From: a virus | Lineage: Duplodnaviria; Caudoviricetes | Reading direction: 5' to 3' (one strand) | Length of the DNA: 46,883 nt | IMG/VR virus record: IMGVR_UViG_3300043567_000569 | Span: 1-46,883 of that record | Shown: positions 46,851-46,883 of the stretch, one piece after another | How the letters are laid out: every line of letters begins with the position of its first letter | Numbering within the stretch: the stretch's first letter is position 1 | Notes under the pieces: model-generated | Seen by the model: only the letters and a program-made list of their open reading frames with translations | What the model was told of the DNA's origin: nothing | Databases searched by the model: none | Program-made: the position numbers and the translations under genes

Positions 46851-46879
46851 ATTATACGACTTTTTTGGAGGATTGTAAA
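46851..46879 (-). promoter_or_regulatory. Sigma70 promoter TTTACA-N17-TATAAT
   Basis: TTTACA 46879-46874, 17-nt spacer, TATAAT 46856-46851. Confidence 0.75.
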
Positions 46880-46883
46880 GACC

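Noticed and set aside
1-46883. tRNA, rRNA, integrase or transposase
   Set aside because: No cloverleaf with T-loop/D-loop motifs and no recombinase or transposase ORFs recognised

Overview
Segment of a large T4-like cyanophage genome (Kyanoviridae-like; the freshwater S-CRM01-like style is my inference). Almost everything is on the minus strand and punctuated by (T)ATAAATA late promoters. Left end (1-2.5 kb): small conserved cyanophage genes, a glutaredoxin, an NtcA box + tandem glutamine riboswitch + DUF4278-like gene, and an unannotated ~100-nt sigma70-driven sRNA. 2.5-5.8 kb: a tail fibre with a peptidase S74 chaperone and two plus-strand 2OG-Fe(II) oxygenases. The dominant feature (5.8-25.8 kb) is an array of 14 paralogous genes, each with six ~47-aa Kelch-like repeats (predicted 6-bladed beta-propeller) ending in S-[ND]-x-H-G-G-[LI]. 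They sit 7+7 around a four-gene cassette (coiled-coil protein, glycosyltransferase-like, Thr-rich protein, sulfotransferase). Their N-terminal fibre-type adaptor is intact in some genes but split into complementary halves between neighbouring genes in others. 25.8-45.8 kb: mosaic tail-fibre/virion proteins (C1q, LamG/SPRY, NIDO-like, repeat-rich fibre), followed by an HNH endonuclease and small genes. All assignments are by eye from motifs; no searches were run.
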